64,000 nucleotides of DNA from Candidatus Marinacidobacterales bacterium (GTDB taxonomy: Bacteria; Acidobacteriota; Vicinamibacteria; Marinacidobacterales; SMYC01), in contig OZ250169.1 of assembly GCA_965237955.1 (NCBI GenBank), positions 2,080,001 through 2,144,000 of the forward strand, in the 5' to 3' direction. The notes under the pieces were generated by a model. That model had not been told where the DNA came from. It made no database searches and saw only the letters and a list, made by a program, of their open reading frames with translations. The first letter of the stretch is position 1. Each line of letters starts with the position of its first letter. The position numbers were made by a program, and so were the translations under genes. Below, one piece after another: positions 38,554 through 49,102 of the stretch.

Positions 38554-38689
38554 AGGCAAATCTCCTGGTTTCAGGGTACTGTGGCAAAACGCCCGGGAAA
38601 CACCATGGTGACAAAGCCCACTGCACGAAGGCGTTAGCCAGAAAACGTATTTTAGTACAGCGGAGAGGCCTCGGCAAGACCGCCGGGAA

Positions 38690-38920
38690 TCAACTTGGAG
38701 AGCCCTCGATAAGGCCTTCGAGGGGCTTCTCCTCGGCGCCATGCTCCGTACAGACACCGTAGACGGTCTCTCCGGACGCGTACATGGCGACGCCGGCGTA
38801 CTCGCCCATTTTATTGAGGATGAAAAAGCGCAAATTGAACGCCGGCAGAGCTCGGTCGTTCAGGAGCCGCTTCTCGACCGTGTTAGCCTGCACACGTCTA
38901 AGTGCTTCCAACGGCTCGAT
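38690..38920 (-). pseudogene. C-terminal fragment of a glycosylasparaginase (Ntn hydrolase)
   Basis: LEALRRVQANTVEKRLLN..FFILNKMGEYAGVAMY; no N-terminal part. Confidence 0.6.
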
Positions 38921-38953
38921 TTGGGCCGATGCGATCTTCACCGACTACTCCGA

Positions 38954-39007
38954 CCAGCCTTCGCGCAAGGCTACGGCTGGCCCGCCGAAGCTACCAGCGA
39001 AGGCGGG
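38954..39007. repeat. GCTACGG-type double hairpin, family C
   Basis: CCAGCCTTCGCGCAAGGCTACGGCTGG + CCCGCCGAAGCTACCAGCGAAGGCGGG; related copy at 59484-59579. Confidence 0.65.
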
Positions 39008-39118
39008 TCGGCTCCTCGAGGTGCTGGGCAACAGGTAAACGGCGGTGAAGGGGTCATCGTAAATCGAGCACGGTTTTTCCGATCAGGCGACACGCCTCTT
39101 GCGGGCACCGGTGCGAAA

Positions 39119-39146
39119 TGAACTGAATGCTGGATGCTGGATGCCG
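39119..39146. repeat. Family B heptamer arm
   Basis: Exact 28-bp reverse complement of 50330-50357. Confidence 0.75.
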
Positions 39147-39194
39147 AGTTGCGCAGCAGCTCCTTCCCACTCTATTCTTCCATCGAGGTAACGC

Positions 39195-39911
39195 TTGGAA
39201 CTTTCTTTCGACACCGTCACGCTTGGGCTCATCTGGTTCGTCGTGTTCTTGTTCTCGACGACGTGCCACGAGGGCGCACACGCTTTCGTCGCCAAGCTGG
39301 GGGGCGACCCGACGGCAAGCGGCCAGATCACGTTCAATCCACTTCCTCACGTGCAGCGAGAACCCTTCGGCATGGTGGCAGTGCCCATCATCTCCTATGT
39401 CCTCGGTGGCTGGATGATGGGTTGGGCGAGCGCACCGTACGATCCCCTCTGGGCCTACCGACATCCCCACCGCGCCGCGCGCATGGCGCTCGCCGGTCCG
39501 GCCGCGAATTTCACCCTGATGTTGATCGGCGCCGCCGCCATCCGTATCGGGATCGCGGTTGGCACGTTTCAGGCGCCGGCAACGGTGACGTTCACACGCA
39601 TCACCGAAGCCACCGATCCGTCGGGTATCGGCTCGCTTCTCGCGATCTTTTTCAGCGTGCTCTTCATGCTGAATTTGATCCTGGGGGCGTTCAATTTGCT
39701 GCCGGTGCCACCCCTGGACGGCAACGTCGGCGTCACCATCATGATGTCCGAAGATCGGGCTCGCAGTTTCCTGGATCTGTTCCGTCAACCCGGTTTCGGG
39801 ATGATGGGTATCGTGATCGCCTGGGTTTTGTTCGGACGCATCTTCAGCGTGATCTGGACCGTTGCGTTGAACGTGCTCTATACGGGCATCACGACCTACG
39901 GGTCGTTCTAG
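39195..39911 (+). CDS. Site-2 protease (M50) family protein
   Basis: HEGAH, ALAGPAAN, FNLLPVPPLDG. Confidence 0.93.
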   Translation: MELSFDTVTLGLIWFVVFLFSTTCHEGAHAFVAKLGGDPTASGQITFNPLPHVQREPFGMVAVPIISYVLGGWMMGWASAPYDPLWAYRHPHRAARMALAGPAANFTLMLIGAAAIRIGIAVGTFQAPATVTFTRITEATDPSGIGSLLAIFFSVLFMLNLILGAFNLLPVPPLDGNVGVTIMMSEDRARSFLDLFRQPGFGMMGIVIAWVLFGRIFSVIWTVALNVLYTGITTYGSF

Positions 39912-39920
39912 CGCTTGCGC

Positions 39921-40799
39921 TTACGCGTGACGCTGGACGAAGTAAGAGCCGATCACCACGAGTAGCGCTCCCAAGTAGAGCTCGGGGCCGATGGGCTCGC
40001 CGAGAACGACGAAGCTGAGCGCCACCCCGAAAAGCGGCTGGGTAAGGTACACCGTCGACACCCGTGAAGGCGGGAAGTGTTTGAGAAGCCACGTCTGCAG
40101 CACGAAGGCAAAGCCGGCGATGAGAACGCCCTGATAGACGAGCGCAATCGCGAGTCTCGAGGTGTATTGCGTGGGCTCGGGCTCGAACAAAACGCTCGCG
40201 ACGACGAAGCTCACGCCCCCGACGACCGCTTGGGACAACAAGAGCTTCTCGATGGCAATCCCTTGCGCCGAGCGCGACAACACGATCTGCCGCGCGCCCA
40301 AAAGGAGTGACGAAACGACGAGAAGGCCGTCACCGAGCAACGTCCCGGACTCGTCGCTTCCCAAGCTCCCACTGAAAACGACGACGACGCCCGCGTAAGC
40401 GACGAGCGCCCCGAGCAACCGCTTCACTGTCAGCGTGTCGCCGGCCACGAAGAAATGGGCGAACACCGCCGTCCACAGCGGATAAGCGCTCATCAGGACC
40501 ACGGCGTGGCCGGAGCTCGTGTGGTCTTGACCGATGTTCATGAACGCAAGCTGAGCGGAGAACAAAAGCCCGAGCCCGAGCAGTGCGCCTCGCTCGTGCC
40601 GTTCGACGCGAAGCGACTGACGACGAAGCAGCGCCGCCGCCAGGACGACGAGGCCACCGAGCGCGAACCGCATCCAACCGAGACGGAGCGGCGGGCAGTC
40701 TCTGAGCCCGGCTTTCAGTGCCACCGGGTTTCCACCCCAAAGGACAGAAAGCGATAGCGCAAGCGCGAGCGCGCCCTTCGTGAGTGTTTGATGTCTCAA
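39921..40799 (-). CDS. DMT/EamA family transporter
   Basis: 10 TM helices, LWGGN, two EamA halves, LGEP. Confidence 0.9.
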   Translation of the reverse strand: MRHQTLTKGALALALSLSVLWGGNPVALKAGLRDCPPLRLGWMRFALGGLVVLAAALLRRQSLRVERHERGALLGLGLLFSAQLAFMNIGQDHTSSGHAVVLMSAYPLWTAVFAHFFVAGDTLTVKRLLGALVAYAGVVVVFSGSLGSDESGTLLGDGLLVVSSLLLGARQIVLSRSAQGIAIEKLLLSQAVVGGVSFVVASVLFEPEPTQYTSRLAIALVYQGVLIAGFAFVLQTWLLKHFPPSRVSTVYLTQPLFGVALSFVVLGEPIGPELYLGALLVVIGSYFVQRHA

Positions 40800-41199
40800 C
40801 CGCGAGACATTTTATAGGATTCGTCCCGACATGCCCGCTTCTGACAGATTTCGCTGGTAATCCGGCGATAGCGGTGCCGAGTCGGGCGCCCTTAGAGTAA
40901 ATTTACGCACAGATGGAGCCGCTACCCAAAGTTGTTCGCCGAGAGATTGACGGTGAAGCCGTTCTCGTTCGCTTCACGGACTAGCGCGCGATTCGTAGGC
41001 GTGAGTGGCTTGTGAGTGTAAGTGGACCCCTCGCTTGCCGCGGTTCGCTTCGACGAGTTTTCGCAGGTCGGTCGCTCGAATCCGGTTTTCCTTCCCTGGT
41101 AGGTCGCCAGCTTGGTTATGACGCCACAGTTGGCCGGCCGGCAGAGATCGAATCGTCTCGAGCGCTTTGTTGGGATCCGTTTGCTTGGCGGTACCTTCG

Positions 41200-42023
41200 G
41201 CAGTTCCTTAAGGGCGGAATCGTCCAGCAGACTGTTCACTACGCCGAGCGGCGTGTTGAGCTCATGAGCGAGGGCAGCGGCGAGGCGGCCCTGGGATGCG
41301 GCCACGCGCGAGACGAGTAGGCGCGATTGCGATTCTTGAAGACTCGAAAGCGCTTGTTGCATGACTTGGTTGGCCCGGAAGGCTCGCCGCCGCTGCGCAT
41401 ACATCAGCGAGCTGACACCGAGCGCGACGAGCGCGCCAAGCCCGGTGGTCATGGCATGACCCGCTCCGGGCTTCGCCGTGATGCCGAGCAAAGTCGGGCC
41501 GACGGTGGCCAGAGCAAAGTGCAGCATGGTCGTAGCCCCGGCGAGGACTAACGTATGCGTTGGCCGGAGGGGAAAGATGGCAACGATCGCGAGCATCACC
41601 AGGCAGAGCGTCCCGGGGAGATGATGGTCTTCTTCTGGGTGAACGGGAAGGTAGTACAAGACCGATACGATACATATCGAAGCCAACAGCAGGCCCAGCG
41701 CGACGGCCACCGGGCGCGCATGTTGCCGCGCTGTTTCTGAATACGACATCGCGTAGGCCAGAACCCCGGTCAGGGCCATGGCAACGTGACCCCATGGTCT
41801 TCCTGCCGTGGGGATTCCGATCACTTGTTCGAGTAGCAACACCCAAGCCACTGCTCCGACCAGCACGAGTCCGGCCACCCGAAACGCCGACTCCGCAAGA
41901 CCGGCGAACTCGGCCTGAAGCTCCGGGTCTTCTTTCGGTGGAAAAAAAACTTTGGGTGAGTTTGTCCCAGAAACTGAGTGGGGGACGCTGAGTCTCGGCG
42001 TAGAGGTATTGCCGCCAGCTCAT
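41200..42023 (-). pseudogene. Multi-TM sensor histidine kinase relic
   Basis: TM region then QGRLAAALAHELNTPLG; no HATPase domain follows; 5' end in a different frame. Confidence 0.65.
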
Positions 42024-42106
42024 CGCGACACTCTAAGTCCGGGACCGGCAAGAGGGCAAGGGTGGAGCTGACTTTCCAACCTATCTTCTGCACCAGACGG
42101 GCGAAT

Positions 42107-44806
42107 CTAATCCAGCAACTCTCCTTCTACGTCGAGCCGCTTCATGCTTCCGAATTCCAGCGCGCTCAACCCGTCCGCGACTTTCTCGCCGTCGCCCACC
42201 ACCAAAAGAATGGCCTCGTCCGTGTTCAGGTATTTTGCGGCCGCAGCTTCGAGCTGATCCTTGGTGATGGACTCGATGCGCTCGGGGTAGCGACCGAGCT
42301 CGTCGGTGGAAAGACCGTACCCCTCGAGCTCGGCTATCTCGCCGGCTACTTGAGACATCGTCTCGAAACGCTGGGCGAAACCACGGACGAGGCTATCCTG
42401 CGCGTGGGCAAGCTCTTCGTCGGTGACGGGCCGACTCCACTTCGAAAGGGTGTCGAACTCGTAAAGTAGCTGTTCAATCGCCTCCTTGGTCACCGAGCTT
42501 TCGACCGGCGCCGAGCCCACGAGGATACTCTGCATCGAGCCGAAGCGAATCGATGAGAACGCCCCGTACGTGTAGCCCTTGTCCTCGCGAAGATTCAAGT
42601 TCAACCTGCCGGAAAATCCACCGCCAAGGATGTGGTTGAGCACCTCGAGGATGTAGTAGTCGTCGGTGTTTCTCGGAGGTGCGAGCTTCGCGAGACGAAG
42701 CTCTGATTGCGGCGAGCCTGGCCGGTCGACGAAATACGTGATCCTGGACGGCGGCGACACCGGCTCTATCGTTGCCTCACCGAAGGCCTCCACGTCCCAA
42801 TCACCGAGAGACCGCTCGGCGAGCGCTTCCGCTTCCGCGAGGTCGACGTCGCCCACCATGATGAGGACAGCGTTGCTGGGTGCGTAATGTGTCAAATAGA
42901 ACTGCGCGAGCTCGGTGCGCTGCATGTTGGTGACGGAATCGCGGCTTCCGACGATAGGCCAGCCGTAAGGATGCTCTCTGCCAAAAAGACATTTGCGCAG
43001 AGACTTGCCCGCGATCGCACCCGGGCTCGCCTGCTCTTGCAACATCGCATCGAGGCGTTGTTTGCGCAGCCGGTCGAGCTCTTCTCCAGGAAAGCTCGGG
43101 TGGAGCAGCACGTCCGTCATTAGCTCGAGCGACGCCGGCAAGTGGCGCTTGAGAGAATCGAGCGATACCGCGCTCCATTCACGACTTCCACCGGTCGCGA
43201 GATGGCTACCGAGCCGGTCGAGCTCGGCTTCGATTTGAAGCGAGGTGCGCGTCGTCGTCCCCTCCTCCATCATCTCCGCGGTCATCGCGGCCAGACCGCT
43301 GCGCTCGAACGACTCCGCCGTCGCCCCGACATGAATCATTAGCGCCGTGGCTACTTTGGGAATCTCACGGCGCTCGACCACGTGTAGCTCGAGACCGTTC
43401 GCGAGGGTGGTCGTCGCGATCTTGGGAACGTGGAACGCGCGGCTCGGCTTCATCGCCGGAGTCAACGAGCGGTCCGGCTCTTCGCGCTCTTCGGCGGTGG
43501 CCGTCTCCTGCAGAAAACTCACCGTGAGGCGCGGCGCCAGCAGGTAGTGTTTGGCCGCCTTGCGCAGATCTTTCGCGGTGGGCGTCTGGTAACGCTCGTA
43601 GTCTTTTTCGATGAAGTCCGGCGAGCCGAGAAACGTCTGGTACATGGCGAGCCTGTCGGCTTTGCCACCGAAGCCACCAATGCGCTCGAGTCCCGAGAGA
43701 AAATCGTACTCCTGACCCGCCTTTATGCGCTCGAGCTCTTCGTCGGTCGGCCCCTCCTTGGCGACGAGCCGAATCTCTTCGTCGATGAGCTCTTCAATGC
43801 GGCCGAGCGTCACACCGGGCCGGGCCGTCGCCACGACGCCGACGAGACCCGCGATCTCGAGACTGTAGTTGAACGCACTCACGTCCGAGGCCACTTGTTC
43901 GTCGTAAACGAGCCGTTTGTAAAAGCGCGAGTTCTTGCTGTCGGCCAGTAACGTCGTCACGAGATCGAGCGCCGCATCGTCCCGGCTGAAATACGCCACA
44001 CCCGGCCACGCCATGTAAACGCGATCCTGCGGCACGCGGTCGTAGACGGTAATTCGTTTGTTAGCGTCGAGAGTGATCTCGTAGCGCTCGGGGCGCTCGA
44101 GAGGCGGTGCGGGTTTCAACGAAGCGAAATACTTTTCCACGAGCTCCTTGGTCGTCACCGGATCGAAATCTCCCGCAACCGTCAAAACGCAATTGTTGCT
44201 CGCGTAGAAACGCCGGAAAAAGTCGTGCACGTCTTCGAGCGACGCGGCTTCGATATCTTCCATGCTGCCGATGATGTGCCACGAGTAGGGATGGCCTTGC
44301 GGAAACAGATTACGGAACAGGATCTCCACCGCGGTGCCGTAGGGCACGTTGTCCATACTTTGGCGCCGCTCGTTCTTGACGACGTCCCGCTGGTTGTCGA
44401 GGTTCTCTTGGGTGACGGCGTCGAGCAAATACCCCATGCGATCCGACTCGGCCCACAGTACGAGCTCGATCGAGCCCGACGGCACCGTCTCGAAGTAGTT
44501 GGTGCGATCGAAATTCGTCGTGCCGTTGATCCCGCCTTGCGAGGTATTGGCACCGGCACGCTCCATCAGGGAGATGTACTCCCCTTTCACGTTGCGGGAG
44601 CCTTCGAACATCATGTGCTCGAACAAGTGCGCAAAGCCCGTCTTTCCCGGCTGCTCGTTCTTGGATCCAACGTGGTACCAGAGGTTCACGTGGACAACGG
44701 GAAGTTTGTGGTCCTCGTGGAAGATGACCTGAAGACCGTTCGGGAGGCGGTAGGTCTCGAAATCGATGCGGGGTACGCTGCCAGCAAGCTTTTTTTCCTG
44801 CCTCAA
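42107..44806 (-). CDS. M16 family (pitrilysin-like) zinc peptidase
   Basis: GFAHLFEH (HxxEH), NGTTNFDRTNY, LREDKGYTYG; TTG start after AAGGAG. Confidence 0.93.
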   Translation of the reverse strand: MRQEKKLAGSVPRIDFETYRLPNGLQVIFHEDHKLPVVHVNLWYHVGSKNEQPGKTGFAHLFEHMMFEGSRNVKGEYISLMERAGANTSQGGINGTTNFDRTNYFETVPSGSIELVLWAESDRMGYLLDAVTQENLDNQRDVVKNERRQSMDNVPYGTAVEILFRNLFPQGHPYSWHIIGSMEDIEAASLEDVHDFFRRFYASNNCVLTVAGDFDPVTTKELVEKYFASLKPAPPLERPERYEITLDANKRITVYDRVPQDRVYMAWPGVAYFSRDDAALDLVTTLLADSKNSRFYKRLVYDEQVASDVSAFNYSLEIAGLVGVVATARPGVTLGRIEELIDEEIRLVAKEGPTDEELERIKAGQEYDFLSGLERIGGFGGKADRLAMYQTFLGSPDFIEKDYERYQTPTAKDLRKAAKHYLLAPRLTVSFLQETATAEEREEPDRSLTPAMKPSRAFHVPKIATTTLANGLELHVVERREIPKVATALMIHVGATAESFERSGLAAMTAEMMEEGTTTRTSLQIEAELDRLGSHLATGGSREWSAVSLDSLKRHLPASLELMTDVLLHPSFPGEELDRLRKQRLDAMLQEQASPGAIAGKSLRKCLFGREHPYGWPIVGSRDSVTNMQRTELAQFYLTHYAPSNAVLIMVGDVDLAEAEALAERSLGDWDVEAFGEATIEPVSPPSRITYFVDRPGSPQSELRLAKLAPPRNTDDYYILEVLNHILGGGFSGRLNLNLREDKGYTYGAFSSIRFGSMQSILVGSAPVESSVTKEAIEQLLYEFDTLSKWSRPVTDEELAHAQDSLVRGFAQRFETMSQVAGEIAELEGYGLSTDELGRYPERIESITKDQLEAAAAKYLNTDEAILLVVGDGEKVADGLSALEFGSMKRLDVEGELLD

Positions 44807-44879
44807 CGAAGCTCCTTTCTCGGAATGGTGTAACGAAGGGTATCTACCTGTCCTATATAATACCGCCTCGGGAGACCTT

Positions 44880-45971
44880 ATGAACGCCTTGTTGCTCGTG
44901 GCAGTGATGACACAGGAGCTCTTCACGACTCCCTTGTCGCTCGAGCAAATGCAGGGGAAGCAGGCCGTTTTCGAAACGACGAGGGGCGAATTCGTCATCG
45001 AGTTTCTACCCGAAAAGGCGCCGAACCACGTCGGCTACTTCATGAAGCTCATCCAAGAGGGCGCCTTCGACAACACGGCGTTCCACCGCCTCATCAAATA
45101 CGGCATCGTGCAAGGCGGTGACCCCAAGACCAAAGATCCAGCGGCCACGGCAGAGTACGGGACCGGCGGCCTCGGCTTCTTGGCCCGCGAGCTCAACGAC
45201 GAAAAGCACACCCGGGGGGCCATCTCCGCAGTGCAAATCCCGGGAAGGCCTGACAGCGCCGGGTCGCAGTTTTTCATCGTCGTCACCGACCAGTCCGCGC
45301 TCGACGGGCAATACACGGTGTTCGCTCGTGTCGTCGAAGGCATCAACTCGATCCAGACGATGTCGGAGATACCTATTGACGAGAACGGTCTCCCGACGGA
45401 GCGCATCGAAGTCACCACCGTTACGCTTCGGGACAAACCGCCACCGGAGATCCCGCCGTTTTCGACCGAGACTGTCGAAGAGCTCGCGAGCTACCGGGCC
45501 GTCCTCGTCACGTCGTTCGGCGAAATCGTCGTCGAGTTTTTTACCGAGAAAGCGCCGCACCATGTGCGCAACTTCTTGCGCCTGGCACAAATCGGCGCCT
45601 ACGAAGGCGTCGCATTCCATCGCATCGTTCCCGGTTTCGTCATCCAAACAGGATTTCTTCAGACCCGGCACCGGCCGGCGTCGGAGCGCATCATGAACTA
45701 TGTCGAAAAGCTCGAGCCGGAGTTCAATGACACCCTCCACATTTCCGGCATCGTGTCCATGGCACGCGGGGATGAGCCCGGGAGCGCCGATACGTCGTTT
45801 TTCATCGTGACCGGCATCGCGAGCTCGCTCGACAACAACTACACTGCCTTCGGTCACGTCGTCGACGGGATGCAAGTCGTCAAAGCCATCGAAGCCATCC
45901 CCACCGACGGCGACAAGCCGCTCGCACGCGTCGACCTCTCTTCCGTCCACATCGAGAAGAAAGAGAATTAA
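44880..45971 (+). CDS. Tandem cyclophilin-type peptidyl-prolyl isomerase
   Basis: Two domains: FHRL..QGGDP..SAGSQFFI..YTVF and FHRI..SMAR..FFI..YTAFG. Confidence 0.92.
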   Translation: MNALLLVAVMTQELFTTPLSLEQMQGKQAVFETTRGEFVIEFLPEKAPNHVGYFMKLIQEGAFDNTAFHRLIKYGIVQGGDPKTKDPAATAEYGTGGLGFLARELNDEKHTRGAISAVQIPGRPDSAGSQFFIVVTDQSALDGQYTVFARVVEGINSIQTMSEIPIDENGLPTERIEVTTVTLRDKPPPEIPPFSTETVEELASYRAVLVTSFGEIVVEFFTEKAPHHVRNFLRLAQIGAYEGVAFHRIVPGFVIQTGFLQTRHRPASERIMNYVEKLEPEFNDTLHISGIVSMARGDEPGSADTSFFIVTGIASSLDNNYTAFGHVVDGMQVVKAIEAIPTDGDKPLARVDLSSVHIEKKEN

Positions 45972-46095
45972 CGCAAAGGCGCAAAGACGCGAAGACGCAA
46001 AGAAGAGCGAATCCCGCGAGATATTATCGATCCATGATAGACATCGCATTTTCTCTCCAACACTTTGCGCCTTTGCGCCTTCGCGCCTTTGCGTT
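45970..46095. repeat. Family A octamer palindromic element
   Basis: AACGCAAAGGCGCAAAGACGCGAAGACGCAAAG...CTTTGCGCCTTTGCGCCTTCGCGCCTTTGCGTT. Confidence 0.85.
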
Positions 46096-46124
46096 GAAAA
46101 GATCCAACTGGAGTCATCACCTAG

Positions 46125-47111
46125 ATGCCTGATGTCGACGTCGCTATCATCGGAGGAGGACCCAGCGGGCTGGCGGCGGCCATCGAGTGCACGACAAAAG
46201 GCCTGTCGTACGTCGTCGTCGAGAAGGGCTCGCTCGTCGACGCCATCAGGCGATTCCCGATGAACATGGTGTTCTTCACCACACCGGATCTTCTCGAGAT
46301 CGGCGAGCTTCCGCTCGTGTGCGCGCGCGAGAAACCGTCGCGGCTCGAGGCTCTGAAGTACTACCGGCGTGTGACCGAGTATTACCGTCTTCAGGTAAAG
46401 CTCTACGAAAGAGTCGATGGCGTCCGTCCGGTCAACGGTCACTTCGAGCTTTCGAGCTCGTACCAACGCGGGCAAGTCGGCTCGCCCGAGTCGATGACGG
46501 CACGAAAGCTCGTCGTCGCCACCGGCTACTACGACAACCCCAACTTCCTCGGGATTCCCGGCGAAGATCTTCCCAAAGTCTCGCACTACTACACCGAGGC
46601 GCATCCCTACTTCGGCCTGGACGTCGCCGTCATCGGCGGCGCCAACTCAGCTGCGGAGACGGTTCTCAACCTGTACCGCTCGGGCGTCAAAGTGCGCCTC
46701 ATCCACCGCGACAGCGATTTGTCGACGCACATCAAATACTGGGTACGTCCCGACATCAAAAACCGCATCACTCGTGGAGAAGTCGAGGCGCACCTCGAGA
46801 CCCAAGTCGTCGAGATACGTCAGGGCGAGCTCGTGCTCGAGAAGAAAGGGGGCGAGCGCTTCACGATACCGAACGACGCCGTGCTCGCGCTGACGGGCTA
46901 CCAGCCGGACTACACGTTCCTAGAGTCCATGGGTATTGCCATCGATCACGACACCGGGAAGCCGCAGACCGACGCGGAAACGTGCGAGACGAACGTCTCG
47001 GGCATCTATCTCGCCGGCGGTATCGTCGCCGGACGGCAGACCAACAAGATCTTCATCGAGAACGGCCGCTTCCACGGACAGAAGATCATCAAACATCTAA
47101 CCGGCCACTAA
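46125..47111 (+). CDS. ypdA: YpdA family putative bacillithiol disulfide reductase
   Basis: GGGPSG, FFTTPDLLEIG, TGYYDNP, KYWVRPDIKNRI, FIENGRFHG. Confidence 0.9.
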   Translation: MPDVDVAIIGGGPSGLAAAIECTTKGLSYVVVEKGSLVDAIRRFPMNMVFFTTPDLLEIGELPLVCAREKPSRLEALKYYRRVTEYYRLQVKLYERVDGVRPVNGHFELSSSYQRGQVGSPESMTARKLVVATGYYDNPNFLGIPGEDLPKVSHYYTEAHPYFGLDVAVIGGANSAAETVLNLYRSGVKVRLIHRDSDLSTHIKYWVRPDIKNRITRGEVEAHLETQVVEIRQGELVLEKKGGERFTIPNDAVLALTGYQPDYTFLESMGIAIDHDTGKPQTDAETCETNVSGIYLAGGIVAGRQTNKIFIENGRFHGQKIIKHLTGH

Positions 47112-47113
47112 AC

Positions 47114-47176
47114 TTCCCCCGTGGGGGAGAGCGTTTCACGGAGGCGCGCTCGGGCACTTCGAGCCGGGTGAGGGGG
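47114..47176. repeat. Family D palindromic element (reverse orientation)
   Basis: TTCCCCCGTGGGGGAGAG...GGGTGAGGGGG. Confidence 0.6.
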
Positions 47177-47181
47177 AACCT

Positions 47182-48834
47182 CTGCGAGTAGACATCGCCA
47201 TCCGCAACGGTCGCGTGATCGATGGCACCGGTGCCCCTGAGCGACACGCCGACGTTGCGATCCTCGACGGGCGCGTCGTCAGCATCGATGAGCCTGAGCG
47301 TGTAGACGCCCACACCGTCATCGACGCGTCTGGCAAAGTCGTAGCACCCGGCTTCGTGGACATCCACTCGCACGGTGACGTCGTCCTCGCGTGGCCGTCG
47401 GACGATCGTCTGTCCCTGATCGAAGGCCGCATCGGGCAAGGGATCACGACAGAAATCCTCGGAAACTGTGGGCTCGGCGCATCACCTCTTTTCGGTCACG
47501 GGGCCGAGCTTCTGCCGCAAATCAACGGGTGGATGACGCCGGCGTCGTTCGATTGGAGCTGGCGCGACCTCGCTGGCTATTTCGATCATCTCGAAGCGCT
47601 CGGCCTTCCGCTCAACGTGGGGACTCTCGTTCCGCACGGCGCGTTGCGGCTCGGCGCCGCCCATCTCGCACCCGGCGAGACCGACGACACCGCGCGACGG
47701 CAGATGACGGCGGAGCTCGATCGAGCGCTCGAGCAAGGTGGCTTCGGTCTTTCCGCCGGGCTCATCTACCCGCCCGGGATGTACACATCGACCAACGAGC
47801 TCATAGCACTCGCACGTCGTCTCGTGGCTCACGACGCCGTCTTCACGTCCCACGTTCGCGGCTCGAGTGAGACGCTTCTCGATTCTGTCGGCGAGCTCAT
47901 CGACATCGGCCGCAAAGCGAACGTGCACGTGCACCACTCGCACGTTGAGGCCGTCGGCCGAGCCCATTGGCCGAAGCTGGAGCGTTTTTTGGACATGGAG
48001 AGCAAAGCACGGAGCGAGGGGATTCATCTCAGCGCCGACATGTTCCCCTACCCCGTGGCTGCCACGATGATGCTCGCCATCTACCCGCCGTGGTCTCTCG
48101 AAGGCGGGCTTCCCCGCCTCCTCGAACGCCTGCAAGACGATGACACCCGGGAGCGCATTCGTCGTGACATCGATAACGTTCGTCCCCAATGGCCTCCGTG
48201 GGAAGAGGGTGGCTGGCCGCACAACCTCGTCATGGCGGTCGGCTGGGATCGGATCTGCATCTCCAGCATCTCCACCGGGGGCTCCGATGCAAACAAGCCT
48301 GTCGAGGGACTGTCGCTCGCCGAGCTCGGTAAGCGACGACGCTCCTCGCCTTTCGATGCGATCTCGGATCTCATGATCGAAGAAGACGGCAACGTCGGAC
48401 AATTCGTCCTCGACATCACTGGCGAAGACGGGCTCCGAGAGCTCGTGCGCCGGCCCGATATCGCGTTCATCACCGACGCCAACGACTACGGCAAGGGAAA
48501 GCCCCATCCCGCCGCCTATGGAAGCTTCCCGCGCGTGCTCGGCCGCTACGTCAGGGACGAATCGCTCCTGAGCTTGCCGGAAGCCATCCGCCGGATGACG
48601 TCGTTACCGGCCGACACGATAGGTCTCGAAGGGCGCGGTCGTCTGCAAAAAGGAGCGTGGGCCGATATCGTAGTGTTCGACCCGGACGTTGTTCGCGACG
48701 AGGCCACTCTCGACGAACCGCGGAGACACGCCCGAGGCATCGACGCCGTGTTCGTGAACGGCACCCTGACCTATGAGCGTGGCCAGCTGACCGGAGAGCT
48801 GGCCGGCTCGATACTCCGGCGCGGTGGGTCTTGA
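47182..48834 (+). CDS. N-acyl-D-amino-acid deacylase (amidohydrolase)
   Basis: IRNGRVIDGTG, PGFVDIHSH, GITTEILGNCG, HPAAYGSFPRVLG; start uncertain (CTG 47182 or GTG 47215). Confidence 0.9.
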   Translation: MRVDIAIRNGRVIDGTGAPERHADVAILDGRVVSIDEPERVDAHTVIDASGKVVAPGFVDIHSHGDVVLAWPSDDRLSLIEGRIGQGITTEILGNCGLGASPLFGHGAELLPQINGWMTPASFDWSWRDLAGYFDHLEALGLPLNVGTLVPHGALRLGAAHLAPGETDDTARRQMTAELDRALEQGGFGLSAGLIYPPGMYTSTNELIALARRLVAHDAVFTSHVRGSSETLLDSVGELIDIGRKANVHVHHSHVEAVGRAHWPKLERFLDMESKARSEGIHLSADMFPYPVAATMMLAIYPPWSLEGGLPRLLERLQDDDTRERIRRDIDNVRPQWPPWEEGGWPHNLVMAVGWDRICISSISTGGSDANKPVEGLSLAELGKRRRSSPFDAISDLMIEEDGNVGQFVLDITGEDGLRELVRRPDIAFITDANDYGKGKPHPAAYGSFPRVLGRYVRDESLLSLPEAIRRMTSLPADTIGLEGRGRLQKGAWADIVVFDPDVVRDEATLDEPRRHARGIDAVFVNGTLTYERGQLTGELAGSILRRGGS

Positions 48835-48882
48835 AGTGTTCGGTCACGCTTTTGATCAACATGTATACAAGAGGCGATAGGC

Positions 48883-49030
48883 TCATCGCAGCAACCGTTG
48901 CAGTTCTTGGGTACCTCGGTTCAACGGGTAGAACCACTCCACGCCGCGCTCGGTGACGATGGCGTCGTCTTCGAGCGGGATGCGCACCTTCTTGCCGCCG
49001 AACTCCTCGGTCTTTGTAGGCATCGTATAG
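48883..49030 (-). pseudogene. Possible C-terminal fragment of an M24 peptidase
   Basis: EFGGKKVRIPLEDDAIVTERGVEWFYP. Confidence 0.45.
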
Positions 49031-49102
49031 CAGCGGCGAGTTGCTTGGAACGCCGCCACCTGACAGAATCGCCGCGTCAGTCTTATCAGGGGGACGAAGT
49101 CA

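Noticed and set aside
45006-46604. 532-aa minus strand ORF
   Set aside because: Shadow of the cyclophilin and ypdA genes, running through a repeat
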